DNA from: Basidiobolus ranarum
Lineage: Eukaryota
Assembly (NCBI GenBank): GCA_040143965.1
Contig: JASJQH010006877.1
Location: forward strand, 1 to 64,000
Reading direction: 5' to 3'
Length of the DNA stretch: 64,000 nt
A program made the position numbers and the translations under genes. The notes below the pieces were generated by a model that saw nothing but the letters and a program-made list of their open reading frames with translations, searched no databases and was not told the DNA's origin. Positions 1 through 12,962 of this stretch are shown in pieces (within the stretch, counting starts at the first letter, position 1; every line of letters starts with the position of its first letter).

Positions 1-82
1 CACCAGGGGTCTTAACAATGCGAACACGGTTAGACTTGGTGTTGTAGGAAAGACGACGACGATAGGTTACACGTTGAGCCAT
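1..82 (-). CDS. RPL34: 60S ribosomal protein L34 (eL34), N-terminal part; runs off the window start
   Basis: Reverse complement from ATG at 82 reads [27 protein letters not shown], the conserved eL34 N-terminus. Not in the ORF track. Confidence 0.95.
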   Translation of the reverse strand, partial: MAQRVTYRRRLSYNTKSNRVRIVKTPG

Positions 83-496
83 TATAACAGTTACTACTGG
101 TAGCGAGTGAAGAGTAGTTCAAAGAGAGAAGAGTAAGAAACAAATGGATGGGTTGAATATAAAAAAAGATTGAATTGGAAAATCAGGGGATAAATAGAGA
201 ATCATGTTAGCAAATGCTCAATCAAAGATGGATGTATACATGGTGCGTCATGTATATATATTATTCTAGGTAAAAACCAACGTACCTCACTGAGTTTGTC
301 CAAGTAGGCAAAAGAAGGAAACTGTACCAAACTAGGTTCCTTTTTGTAGGAGAAACTAGTATTTTTTTGAAAAGACCGCGAAGATTTTACGATTAATTAA
401 TCAAAGTTGGGATTAAGCTTGATTTTATTGTTGATTTATTGGCCATTTAAATAGTATATTGATCAATGTTAGGCCCAACTCATAGAGATGGATGGT

Positions 497-2383
497 TTAA
501 ATTCCAGGGACTCCCTTCCGTGCACCCTCATAGTATTTAGCAATAAGGAAAGCTACATCTAAGCTTTGCTCGTAATTCAAACGAGGGTCACAGAAAGTCT
601 GGTAATTTTGAGAAAGATCGGCATGGTCAAGCTCCATGAACCCGCCAACACATTCTGTACAAATAAGAATATTAATTGGTTTTCGATATAGCATAAATGT
701 GAGCATAGATGTGAGCATAAATGTGGTGGATATGGTGATTACCTGTAACGTGGTCTCCAGTCAACTCAAGGTGAATGCCATTCAGTTGACTTCCGTTCTC
801 CTTGTGAATACGGATAGATTTACTAATCTCTTGAATGATGTTTGTGAAGTCGCGAGTCTTCACGCCTGAGGAACTTTGTTCAGTGCTATCAATGAATTAC
901 ATGGTGATGAGCATTGGCATCAAATTACATAGCAATGGACTAGGCAACGTACTTTCCGTGCATTGGGTCACAGGCCCAAACAACAACATGACCAGATTCT
1001 TGTACAGCTTTAATGTGTCCTGGGAGATATTGGTCGATCTATACCAAGGAAAAGGTCAGCTTCGGAGTCAAAAGGTGAATAAATATCAACTGACCTTGGT
1101 GGCGCTGTATCTGGATATCAGAGTCACTTTACCAATCTCTTTTTTGGCATTGACGATGTTTAATAATCTGACAAGCTCCTCATTATCCATGCTCGGGCCA
1201 ACCTTGATTCCGATAGGGTTCTCAATACCAGAAAAGTATTCGACATGAGCACCGTTCAGCTGCCTGGTTCTATCACCAATCCAAAGGAAATGTGAGCTTG
1301 TATTGTACCATTTCTTGCCTCCGTTTACAGGGTCAGGTAAATATCTAGTGAGGGCCTCTTCAAAGGGAAGCATAAGCCCTTCGTGAGACATGAAGAGATC
1401 TACGCTGTTGAGGGTAGAAGGTGTCTGTGGTTGATCGGCTCCAATTATTTGCATGTAATTGAGAGCGTCAGTCAATCGGTTGATGATAGTTTGATACTCT
1501 TCACGAATTGCAGTTGAATTGATGTACTGAATATCCCACTCAGTTGGTCGATGAAGATCGGCAAATCCAGAATTAAGGATAGAACGAACATAGTTCATAG
1601 TAGCAGCAGAATGGAAATAAGCACTGTAATTGTGCGTTAGATCAGTGAGATCAAAGCTAGGATCGGAGAGATTCAACATACCTGACTAATCTCTCTGGGT
1701 CTGGTTTACGATCACTGGGATTAAACCCGTTGATATTATCTCCTCTAATTTTCAAACATTTAGGTAAAGGAATCGAGATATTGCTGTAACAATGCTGTAC
1801 CTGAATGAAGCAATCTCTACCCCTTCGTGCATTTCAGTAGGCTTAGACCGAGGCTTGGCATACTACAACAACACTTGTTAATACGTGGAAGCAAACGATA
1901 GCAACCTGACATTACCTGTCCAGCCATTCTAGCAATTCTAACCACCGGTATTCTAGCTCCCCAGGTGAGTACCAAGCTCATTTGTAGGAGGATTTTGAGT
2001 TTACTCTCGATTGGTTGCTAACATTTTCCGTAAGCTTGGTGATGCTATGGAGAAGGCGAGCTGATTAGAACTAACCTGTGAACAGTAATCAAAAGATTCG
2101 GCACAATCACCGCCTTGCAAGAGGAATGCTTTTCCCAAAGCTACATCCTTGAGCTGCTCTCTAAGTGTTTGAATCTAGTGCAGGATGTTAATGGCGATGT
2201 TACAAATCCGATACCTTGTAGACTTGGCAATACCTCTCGTGGACAAACTAGAGGAGGTAAATGCACTAGCTTGTCCAATACTTGTTCAACCTTCTCTTTG
2301 TCCTCGTATGCAACATCCTGGGTTACTGGTTTCTCTCTCCAGGAAGATGGAGCCCAAGACGTGTTAATATCACCAGAAAGCAT
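497..2383 (-). CDS. Class II DAHP synthase (3-deoxy-D-arabino-heptulosonate-7-phosphate synthase), multi-exon
   Basis: Spliced reading gives LLQGGDCAESF, RIARMAGQYAKPRS, LWIGDRTRQL, NPIGIKVGP, CDPMHGNT, GIHLELTG and YQTFCDPRLNYEQSL, all class II (AroA-II) signatures. Confidence 0.95.
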
Positions 2384-3141
2384 TTAATGAAATAGCAAGG
2401 TTTGTTTGATCAGCTCAAAATGTCTATAACATAACACAAGTTGTAGGCCTCACTTTATATATTTGACTCTTCAATACTTGATCAATTGGCTAAACAATGT
2501 CCACATCTATCCCCGCTCATCCTCACTTTATTAAGCAAATGTAAGTCGATCAGTATTTTTGAGCACAAACGCCTGTGTGATTCATGGTCAACTCAAACCA
2601 CCATGAGGGCTGTTCCTGGCTTCGAATTGATCACGAAATCTATTCATGAATGAGAGTATGCTCCAGTTCCGACTCTTGGATGACTTGTTGTGAGTCGAAG
2701 AAAAAAGTAAATATAAATGGCAGATCTTGCTCCAATTTGCTTAGACATGTTCCTATCGCAATCTAGATTATAACCAGAATATTACTAGAATGAGCATCAT
2801 GCTAAGCCCGTCTAAAATCAACTTTAGATCAAGCCATACTGTCAATTAGAGTTTTATTAGTGGTTGGGCTCAATCCAAGTTCTGTTCGATCTTCGGTACA
2901 AAAGCCTTTTATGTATATGTAGCTTTGTATTAAAAGCCTTTTATGTCGTCTTGTATTTCTACCCTCTGGTCGCTACTATAAACGAATAGGTCATACAATT
3001 CTTTTTGATCAAGTTGAGCTGAGGGGCCTATTTTACCAATCATTTCAAGGATAAGGGTAAGGGTAAGTAAGGGTAAGGATTGCTTTGTATTGTGAATTTT
3101 TTGAGTGAAGAGTTAGGAATCCTACGCTTTAGTTTCTTAAT

Positions 3142-3801
3142 ATGGCCAGTAAAGCTAGTTTTATTGATTCGCCAGCATTTCCAGATGATTCGCCCACTAC
3201 TCTAACTAAAACTCCAACTTATGAATACTACGGCTTTGTGATTTATCTTATTTCTTTCTTTGCTTATGGTAATACTCAAGAGAAAGCACATAGACATGGA
3301 GCATAGACACTTATAAACATTTAATTAGGTGGCTGGTTACTTTGGGCCTACCTCCCAGAGGGAACCTTAGACAAGATTGGCATTACATATTATCCCAATA
3401 GGTTAGTTTTGTATAGAATATGTCAGAAAACCAAAGGAATTAATCTATTATACCGTAATTAACACAGATATTGGGCATTAGCATTTCCGGTATGGATCTT
3501 TGCAATTGGCCTCTATGTGTTTCTTATTTTCATCTCTCACAGTCTCTTAAGTACTGCGCCTTTTGATTCGTTCAATACTTTTACTGGTATGAATACTACT
3601 TTAAACAAATTTGTCACTTAAAGTGTGGCTAACTCGTGAAATGTAATAGATGAATATGCCAATGTAATGAAGGCTGGAGATCAAACTCGAATGACCGAAA
3701 GTACAGTCCCTGAACTACAGGACATACCGATAGGTGTAGTAAACGCGTGTTTGTATCAATCTGACGCTTGGTTAGAAGCTTGGGAGGATGATAACAATTA
3801 A
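3142..3801 (+). CDS. GPI19: GPI-GlcNAc transferase subunit P (PIG-P/Gpi19), 4 exons
   Basis: Spliced reading: MASKASF..KTPTYEYYGFVIYLISFFAY/WLLWAYLPEGTLDKIGITYYPNR/YWALAFPVWIF../..VPELQDIPIGVVNACLY..*. Not in the ORF track. Confidence 0.9.
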
Positions 3802-4659
3802 AGCCAAGTGTCAATGATTATCTAGAGAAAATGTACTTAATAGTACCATTTTCATTCTGTGTATCAAATATTAAATATCATTAGATATATACTTTTCTTT
3901 ATCATCTTGAAATTAATAATTACTTATCTCTGACTTCAACATCTCCCCAATATCCTAACTTGATAAGCATTCTGTTATCTGTAATAGTAATGAATATAAA
4001 GCATACCTATCCTAACACAAGTACAGCCCATGTAACCAGGTGTCATCTTGAGCGCCAAGACATCGATGACTAATTATGAGATGATGTTTACTTGATTATA
4101 TCAAGTAAAGACAAGAAAATGGCGACCTTTAGGTGCAATGTGTTAGCATTAAATTATTGTATATTCTTGGCATGCAAGTGTATTAGATTTTTAGATATAG
4201 GGAGTAGGGTCATTCAATACAGGGCAAATATTGAACATTAAAGCCCTTTCAACAAAACATCTCCAGCTATATATATATATGGCCTTGATGAATTTGGTAT
4301 ACTGTTATAAGCTGCTCTTGGGTGATTGAGTACAATCCACCAGACCATTAGTATATGCATTATCTATGATAAGTCATCAATCCTTTGACATACATAGGCT
4401 CCAGCTTGCCCATCTTGGTTTTGCACTGAATATAGGACATAACATAAATCCAAGAAAATTGACCATATTCACGTAATTTCTTGAAATTAGGATAAGCACA
4501 GATAAGCACAGGTACTTGTTTTACATACAGCTCAAGCAGTATCTCAATACCATAATTTTGCAGTTAAACTGAGTATGATTTGACAGTAATGAATTACTGA
4601 ATACAAATATTAAAGGTAACCATACAATATAATTAGCCTCTACAATTACAACGTACTGC

Positions 4660-4791
4660 TGCTTACTGTCTTGATTAATATATAAATATAAATGCTTACT
4701 GTCTTGATTAATATATAAATATAAATGCTTACTGTCTTGATTAATATATAAATATAAATGCTTACTGTCTTGATTAATATATAAATATAAA
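4660..4791. repeat. Perfect tandem minisatellite, 4 x 33 bp (TGCTTACTGTCTTGATTAATATATAAATATAAA)
   Basis: Units start at 4660, 4693, 4726 and 4759 with no spacers. Confidence 0.97.
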
Positions 4792-5458
4792 TACATGCTA
4801 GATATGTGTTGGTACTGCCGTTGGTATATGGAATATCTATGTTCCATGGCGAAGAATACATATAATATACGATTGCGAAAGTTTATTTAATCGCATCTAA
4901 GCTAATCTAGAGAAGTTATCAAAAGTGATAGGTTAGACGGAAGACTAATCAAATAGGATTATCGACAATCTGGATGAATCAGTTTAGGTTTATCAACTCA
5001 TCCTAAATTCTCAAGTGGCATTACAGAAACAACTCCAGAGTGAGTCCAATTCAGGATGCATGTAACAAATCCAATTCGATACCTCATTGCCAAGTATACC
5101 TTCAAATTGGTTTCACCATTCACTGAGCATACCATATGCGTCTCAGCCCAATATAGGTCAGTGCAGCGGTTGATATCCATGCTAGTATGTGCCAAGTGGT
5201 ACCGTAACGAGGTAGTACTTGTACAAATATTGACTAAACCGTAAGTGGAAGTGGATTTTTAATAAGCTCTAATAATTAGCAAATATGCATTGTAGAATGA
5301 TATATATTTTATCAAAAAAGGGAACAAAACACAAAATGGTAGTAAATTTTACATGGAAAGAAAGAAACGAAATCCAAGCAAAGGTTAACTGTTATTATGG
5401 AACAAATGCAAAATTAACCAAATGTCTATTAAGTATGTATATACGGAGCTAAACTCTT

Positions 5459-6622
5459 TCACTTTTTGTCACCCTGGGGATATTGGGGAATCTTGCCCAT
5501 ATTCGTGCTACCACTCCAGTAGTTGTTTGGCTGCATATACTGGTTAGTTTGGGCAGCGTAAGGATTGATGGGCTGTTGTTGATTGTACTGTGGATACTGT
5601 CCTGGATTCATATAGTTGCCTGAATTTAAGCTGCCTGCGCCAAGGGGCATTTGATTTGACATTTGCGATGACAACTGTGATTGAAGTTGATTGGGCATTT
5701 GACTGGTCATTTGATTAGGCATCTGGTTGGACATTGGATTGGACATTTGACTAGGCATCTGACTTGAGAGCTGGTTTGGCATTTGAGTATTCAACTGACC
5801 AGGCATTTGGCTGGGAATTCCACCATACTGTTGGCCATAGGTAAGACCAGCAAGAGCGGCATTGTATGCATTATGTGGAGCTGGCTGATTATGGAGAAAT
5901 AACGTTAGAACTCTTTGTTCAAAATAAACAATATTAACGGAAAACCAACCTTTCTATCATCTCCATAAATTGAATCGTTGCCTTGATCGACTGGAGAGTT
6001 TTCGTTTCCGTAAATATTGGACGGTTGTGGTGTATGAGGTTGGCTTTGTTGCTAATAAACCAGATGTTAGTGAAAAAAGCCTTGGAGCAGTTTACAGAAA
6101 ACCTCAACTTACAGGTGAAGAATTGTCATCTTTAGCCTGCGCCGGATCGGGAGCATTTAAGCAAGACTGGATTAAGTTTTTCCCCTCAGGTTGAGTAACA
6201 AGCGGCTGTAATTTGGGCGTGGTAAATGTGTAAACGAGGCCAGTCTCAGAGACAACCAAGAGAAGTACTTGCGTTCCTGTAAGTGTACTTAATTCATATG
6301 CCTACAAACAATTATTAGTTAAGAGGATCCCAGGCGAGTGTTAATCAATAATAATATCTACCTTCTTCATGATCCCAGCCTTACGTTTGCTAAAAGTGAT
6401 ATGACGACGGCTCTTATCTTCGATGTATTCAATCTTGATCTTACGACGACCAGCTCTCTTTTCGTTCTTTGGAGTAGGCTCGTCGGAGTCAATATCGTCG
6501 TCTTCGAATTCTCGCTTATTGCCACGTTGTTCGTCTTTAGATAGGGGTGGAGATATCCCGCTATTATTAAAATTTCTGTTTACGACATTATTCATCGCAT
6601 TGACGGTACCAAGATTGTTCAT
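5459..6622 (-). CDS. MCM1: SRF-type MADS-box transcription factor (Mcm1-like) with Q/N/M/P-rich C-terminus
   Basis: RRKIKIEYIEDKSRRHITFSKRKAGIMKK/AYELSTLTGTQVLLLVVSETGLVYTFTTPKLQPLV..EGKNLIQSCLNAPD. Confidence 0.93.
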
Positions 6623-8290
6623 ATTTAATACTGGAGGCGAACAATTAAAGAATGTGTAAGTTGTCAGGAAACTTGCTAGTTTGCGTCACAAAACCTAAAC
6701 GGTGTAAAAACGAGAATAGGGCAATAAACGTTCAAGTTCAAATAAAGGGATAGAGACCAAAATGGGACTTGAGTTGTGAAATATCTGATGAACGAGGTTC
6801 CAAATCAAGGTTTTGGTGGATGGATAGGGTATAAGCTTTTAAACCAAACGAGCCGAAGTGCGTGGTAAAATGGAGGATATAGCAATTCCAAATTAGAAAA
6901 GGTCTTTTATGTAGTTTTATAGTTAGTCCAGTTCAACACCACTTTTTTTCAGTAATGACCCGGAAATTTCATTCGTCCAGAGATCCCCATTTTAGTGACT
7001 CTATCCCTAATTCAGACGTTTGATTGGCCTCCCATCCATCAATAAAATCCACGAATTACAATATAATCATCGAATCCTATTGCGTCTCCGCCGTCTTTCC
7101 ATCAGCCTATTCTCTGCTTGGCTTCCTTGTAACTGTATTGGCTGATTATGCTATTAGTTTAGCTCTTGCTAGACTTTTCTTAAAAGGAACATTAAATTAA
7201 TTCGTTTTGTCAGTGACAATAGTGGTGGTGACGCCTTCTTAACAATTGTGAGTTGCTATATATGTAGCTATTTCCATTTATATACAAATGTGCTCGGCTA
7301 ATTCGGTCATGGGACACACCTAACCCTAGCTTCTACTCCGTTGATTTGCTACTTATGCGGGATCTCACTGACTGCGAAATCCAATTGAAGTCTATACATT
7401 TGGCATTATTGTCTAGACTATACCAGAATGCTCTTCTTTTTAAAGCCAATTATGGAACGAAACAGGATCTTGAGCTTCCATGTTGATGATCCAACATCGA
7501 TCAAGAGCAGGAATGTTTTGCTTTCCCATCCCCATACCCATCAACTACACGACCAATAAGGGCGGTACAGAATGGCATCCACGTTACTTGTCTAGGTAGG
7601 ACAGCATGCAGTCAATGAAGACAAATTGAATTGTTTGTATGGGCCTCTGTATGTCTTCGGTATGGCCTATGGCTATATTCTAAGATTACCTGTTGAACAC
7701 AACTGCAGTAACCTATGCTTGCAGAGGTGGTAGAATCAGTAGACTAATGACGAGATCATGTGGGACGATGGTTAGCTCTCTTATATAGAAGGTTAGTAGT
7801 TTTAGTTTTCGTGCTCGATATACTCTAAATATTGGTCAAGATCAGCGCATATGCACACTTTGCTCATTGAATAAATAAGGGAGGTTTTTTTACAGGTAAA
7901 ATTAAGTTATACCGATAATTAATTAGAAATGAAGATCAGCTCACTGAGAAAGGTCATTGTCACTACGAATATCCCAAAGCAGTAAGTGATGTATTATTTC
8001 TCGTCTGGATCGCCACTACCTTTCTGCGTTGACATGGCTCTATTTAGAAGAAAGACTTATTTTCGGTAAACACGTTGTCAAGTGGTATATGTATATATTT
8101 AGATTTGTATAGTGTGCAGGTAACACAAAAGGAAATTTAGGTCATATTCCGTTTTGTCATTAGCAGATTCATAATGATGGAGGATGCTCTAATTTCATTC
8201 GATTTTAATTGATGGAAGCAAAAACATATATAAAGAAGTTAACAATATAATAATGAAGAGTAGTTCCTTGGTTGCCGCGATGGCCAAGTA

Positions 8291-10279
8291 TTAAATGTAT
8301 TTCTTTCCAGAGTCATCGAATTTCTTCGAGTAAACAGTATAACCTACGGCTAGAGCAACTTGCAGACAGACAAATCCAAGAATATATTTCCAATAGGACC
8401 GTTCTACGGGTGGTTGTGTCGAATTGCCCATTTGATTTTTTGTACTTTTGAACCCCTTGGAGCCAACCTTGGACTAAATTACGGGATTAGTACGACTCAG
8501 AGAATGTAGTAACTAAATCGATTTACCATGATATTCTCAATTTTAGAATCCAAAAGGTCGATAGAGTCGCGAACCTTTTGAAGTTCCTCATTTTCTTTGA
8601 CTGTCTTCATGAATTCTTGAATATCGTCAGCCAGAGTAGTCACCGTCTTCTTGAGACCGCTAATATCCTTCGCCATTTTAGATACTTTTTGACTAGATAC
8701 AATATAAATGTTATTGCTTTAATATGGAAAATGTTGTTTAACACGTACCCCAGCTCAGCATCAACTTTGACGGGTGACCCATCTTGACTTATCATAGCAA
8801 TGGGTGCATCTTCTTTTTCTTTTACAAGTTCTTCAACGGTTGAATGGAGACTCTCGAGTGCCTCCATGATTTTATATTGGGTTTCATGAAGTCCATCTAG
8901 CAATGGCGGCTATACGAATGCAGGGATTAGATGGTGTTTTTGTCGAAACATAAATAGGCACTTACCAATCCAGTCTCTTCAAGCTCTTCCTTCTTTCGGA
9001 GTTTTTCCATCTTACTTTGGATTTCTTCAATTTTCTAAAAATACAAGTCTGGTTGAGAAGGTGCGAGAGAGTGACAAGAAAGTCGAATGATTCATACCTT
9101 CTTATCTTTCTGTTTCAGTTTGAAGGATCCCTCTTTCTTGACTTTCTCTTCTTCATGGGGTCTCTTAGATGTTGCCTATTCAGAGGCTTAGCAAACGTTA
9201 GGTGCGCAATCTAATTTCATTAGAAACTTACTTTCTTGCGACCTGGTGGATTCACTTCGTAGGTCTCAAAAGAAATAATATCGTGATCATCTGTGGGTAT
9301 ATGAATCTCTGGTTAAATAACATCAATATATGGCAATGTTGATGCTAATACGAACCAGCAAGTTCGGAAGTGGAAGCTGAAAAGCCAAAGTAATATCCCG
9401 TTGGAAGTGCGATATTGGGTGCTTCGAAACATTTGGTATAGGCCTTCCCTTTCTCACTGGTATCAATTGAGAGCTGTGAAATCAGGATGAGGATAAATTG
9501 CTTAGGATATATTCGACATGAACGAGTTGAACAAATTCATACATTCAAAGTATTATCATAGTAAGATAGCTTGGCATAAACAGGCCCTTTGGCGTTACGA
9601 TAATCTCTGGGGCAACCGGCAAACATCTTCGAATTTTTCTCTGGAACTTGACTAATCTTTAGCTCACCATCATTGAGGACGGCGGATATAAATGGCGAAT
9701 ATCTCTACATCAAGAAATATTATGTATACAATTAAGTATTGAAGCACATAGAATCGATTCGTAATAGTCTCTTACATTTGCTTTGGGATCAAAAGTGTCA
9801 AAGAAAATAGCGAGACCATCCCATTGGTCACGATTACCGTAAATAGGGCCAGACTTCGCTCTCTCTTTAGTATACCAAAAAGCGATACCATTACCGCCCG
9901 TATAGCCTCTGCCAGTTATTGTGAAGGAAAATTCAACTTCCCATTCTTTATAAGGATTGGACTTTTCTGCCCAAATGGAGCCTTTCAATCCCGGAACACT
10001 TGGTGCTAACCGAATGGAATTCGGGCTAGCAATGGCGTCTATAAAAGCGAATTTTAGAATGGAATACATACATATTAGCGAGTAGACGAGCAAAACTATC
10101 TTACTGTCGTGAAAACTGAAGTATGGAATGGTATCTCCAATAAGATAAGGCTTTTTGAAACTTAGCTTATAGTCATGTCGTGTAAGTAGAGTATCCTCTT
10201 CATTTGAGGTAGTTTCACCAAGAACTGAACGGTACGATAGTAGTCCAAGGAGACAAGAAGCAAGTGTGCAGTATTTCAT
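8291..10279 (-). CDS. L-type lectin cargo receptor (ERGIC-53/LMAN1/Emp47-like), multi-exon
   Basis: Signal peptide; lectin motifs LSFKKP, GNGIAFWY, WDGLAIFFDTFD and GYYFGFSAST; C-terminal TM helix followed by ..DSGKKYI* (di-lysine KKxx signal). Confidence 0.9.
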
Positions 10280-10968
10280 AATCTAAGAGTGAGTGGAATG
10301 TGCTGGTATTGTGAGAGGCTTAGAGCCAAGTAGTTATAGTAGGGTAATCTGGCAACTGAGGCTTGAGTATTAGGCGTAGAATGGAGTATTATTGGAGGGA
10401 CAGTAGCAAGGACAAATCCAGTCCTATAGATATAAATACGCTGATAAATAAAGATTTAGGGCCAGATTTAGCAGTCCATGTAAAATAAGGAGAGCAGTGA
10501 GGGATGAGGATAACGTATGCCTGAAATCAAGCTTGTTTCTGGTTGTTGAAAACGCAGCCAATCTCTTCTCTCGTCTCCTGAAAGTCTTATCCCTGAAAGC
10601 AAATGTTCGTTTCACTTCATTCTTATTTAAATTAATCAAAGTTATAACATCCTATCAAGATCTGTTAGTTTATGGTTGATAGTTCTATTGTGCATGTGTG
10701 TGGAGAATACTAGTAAATTAACAATACATAGAGGCTTGAAGTGTCAAAGCAAAATGAGTTGTTTAAATCTGGAGATTTCGATTAAAAAGTGCGCCTAATT
10801 TTATATGACTGTTTGAAGGAAAATCAGCGAATCAAACATAATTGATTTGTTTACTCATTTGCAAAAACAAACAGAAAAATCTACTTGGATTGTATTGCAA
10901 TGCTTCAAGTGCATTAGCCATCTAAGCACTTTGTACCCTCTACTCTTGTCATTTCCTACCATTCTGCA

Positions 10969-12685
10969 ATGAAGTCTTTCAGGAACAATAATACTACGAA
11001 TTCTTCATTCAGCCTCGACTTCGATTTGAACTCCAGTTATGATGTTCACTTTTCTGATTTGGGAGATTCTAAATCAAACGATATCACTTCACGAAACTCA
11101 AATCAAACTCCTCAACGAACAACACATAACTATTTTATCCCTCCAGAATCCCCACTAGCGGCGTCATTCTTCAAAACTCCCAAACAGCCTTCTCAAACTG
11201 TCAATGGTGACTTATTTGGTGTTAGAACTACGACACCACGTACTCGGCCTTTTGAAAGAAAGCTATTTGGAGCTAGCAACAAGGAAGACACACCTCATAA
11301 AAGTGACCCTGAATTGTTCTCTACTGGCCCGGAGACACCTCAATTCAAGTCCCAAGGACGTAATCTTTTCTCAAGACTCGAAAGTACTAGAACTTTCAAG
11401 CCAGCTTTAAATGATGACTTGTTTGCTGATAACACATCAATATTTAAACTGTCCGAAACCAAACCGCTTTTCAAAGCCCCTGAGCCTGAGATCAAAACTC
11501 GGGCCGCACCAAATGGTCGCGGTGTGTTAGAGGATTCTTTTGGATTAGGTTCTTTTGATGATGTATTCATTACTGAGGAGGACCTGGTATGTTGAAAAAC
11601 TCTACGATAGTTGCGATTCTATTGTACCTTCAAAACTAATTCGTGTAATCATTTATACAGGAAAAAGCTCGTGAAAAGTTAGCAGAGGACCAAGTTAAAA
11701 CTAATGAACAAGTTTGGTTTGAGCATTTGGAAAATCTTCTCACAGTTGGAAAAAATAACACTGAAACACACTTGAACGTTAAGCACTCTTTTGAAGGAGT
11801 TTCTATATGCTCAAACTATGTAAGTATATTTTCTCGAGCACATTACTTACAAACGTAGTTGATAATTTATTCTTGTTTAATTAGATCACTCTTGGTTATG
11901 GTAATTTAAATATCTGTCAAAACGGATTGAAATGGGAGGGAAAATTAATATCTCGGGGTAAAGCTAAAGAATCACAAGTTGATTCTTCGACTCCCACTAG
12001 ACTTGATAATGAGATGTTAACCTTTGGATTCGAAGTTACAACGGATATACGTTATAAAAGTTTACCTGATGATCATCCGACCATTCTATTTACTATTGGA
12101 GAGGACAAATTTTTCCAATTTCTATTCAAGAAAGGAGAAGAGAAGAAGGCGGAGAACTTTGCTGATTTGATCAAAGCAGCTCGCGGAGATTTCAATACGC
12201 GAAATACACCAGCTAGAGTCACCAAAAGCGCCAACTTGAATAGCATGAGTAACAGCGAAGATGCTAAAGGTTCTTCAAACCCCCTTCCTAAATCGCCTCT
12301 TAATCTTAAAACTCTTCTTCAAAATGAGACATACAAAACTTTAGTCGAGGAAGCACAGGCAAGGCGTCAGGAAATGATCCAGCTTGCAGAGACTGAATAC
12401 AAATCTACAATTGCTAGTCTGATGGTCAGTTACGAAAATGAGCAACTTTCGGCTCAAACCCCTTCTGCGAGTTCTTGCCCGTTAGGTATCGTAGATAGTC
12501 CAGTTCGTCCGGCTCATGCTCCTATAGAAGAATGCCAACTATGCTTTTCTGTAGAAGAAAGCAAAGTAATAAAACCATGCGGTCATCGTATGTGCGAAGA
12601 GTGTGCCATCCGTCTGAAAGATATTTCAGATCGCTGCCCATGGGATCGTGTTGTCTATAGCTCGATCGAAGATATTTCAGGATAG
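10969..12685 (+). CDS. RING-finger protein (putative E3 ligase): disordered N-terminus, possible PH-like middle domain, C-terminal RING; 3 exons
   Basis: CQLC..PCGHRMCEEC..CPWD RING motif; introns at about 11587-11660 and 11820-11884 join the ORFs. Confidence 0.75.
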
Positions 12686-12962
12686 ATCAAATTCAAGTTT
12701 ATTAATGTATTTTTATTATTCTCTTGTTCGACATACTAGGTTTCATCATCTTCTAGCCCTATCTAAACCGTCATATACATGTTCACATTCGAAATGAGAC
12801 AATCCAACAATAAATATATCTCGGTAGTGCTTCCGTAATGCAATCAGAGAACACATTTAATTCCTTTATTACGATAGACTTTACGATACATACATATATA
12901 ATCAATCAAAGATAAATGCCAAGAATATGGCAATAGAAAAGGTTCAATTCTCTTTACAATGC

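Noticed and set aside
690-726. 12-bp repeat GCATA(A/G)ATGTGA x3 giving HIYAHIYAHIYA
   Set aside because: Lies inside a DAHP synthase intron; simple slippage.
2855-2900. A-box-like TAGTGGTT and B-box-like GTTCGATC suggesting a tRNA
   Set aside because: Spacing is too short and no cloverleaf stems form.
4521-4861. ORFs with repeated peptides (HLYLYINQDSK / SIYIYILIKTV) and a possible CRISPR-like look
   Set aside because: They are translations of the 33-bp tandem repeat; there are no spacers or cas genes and the context is eukaryotic.
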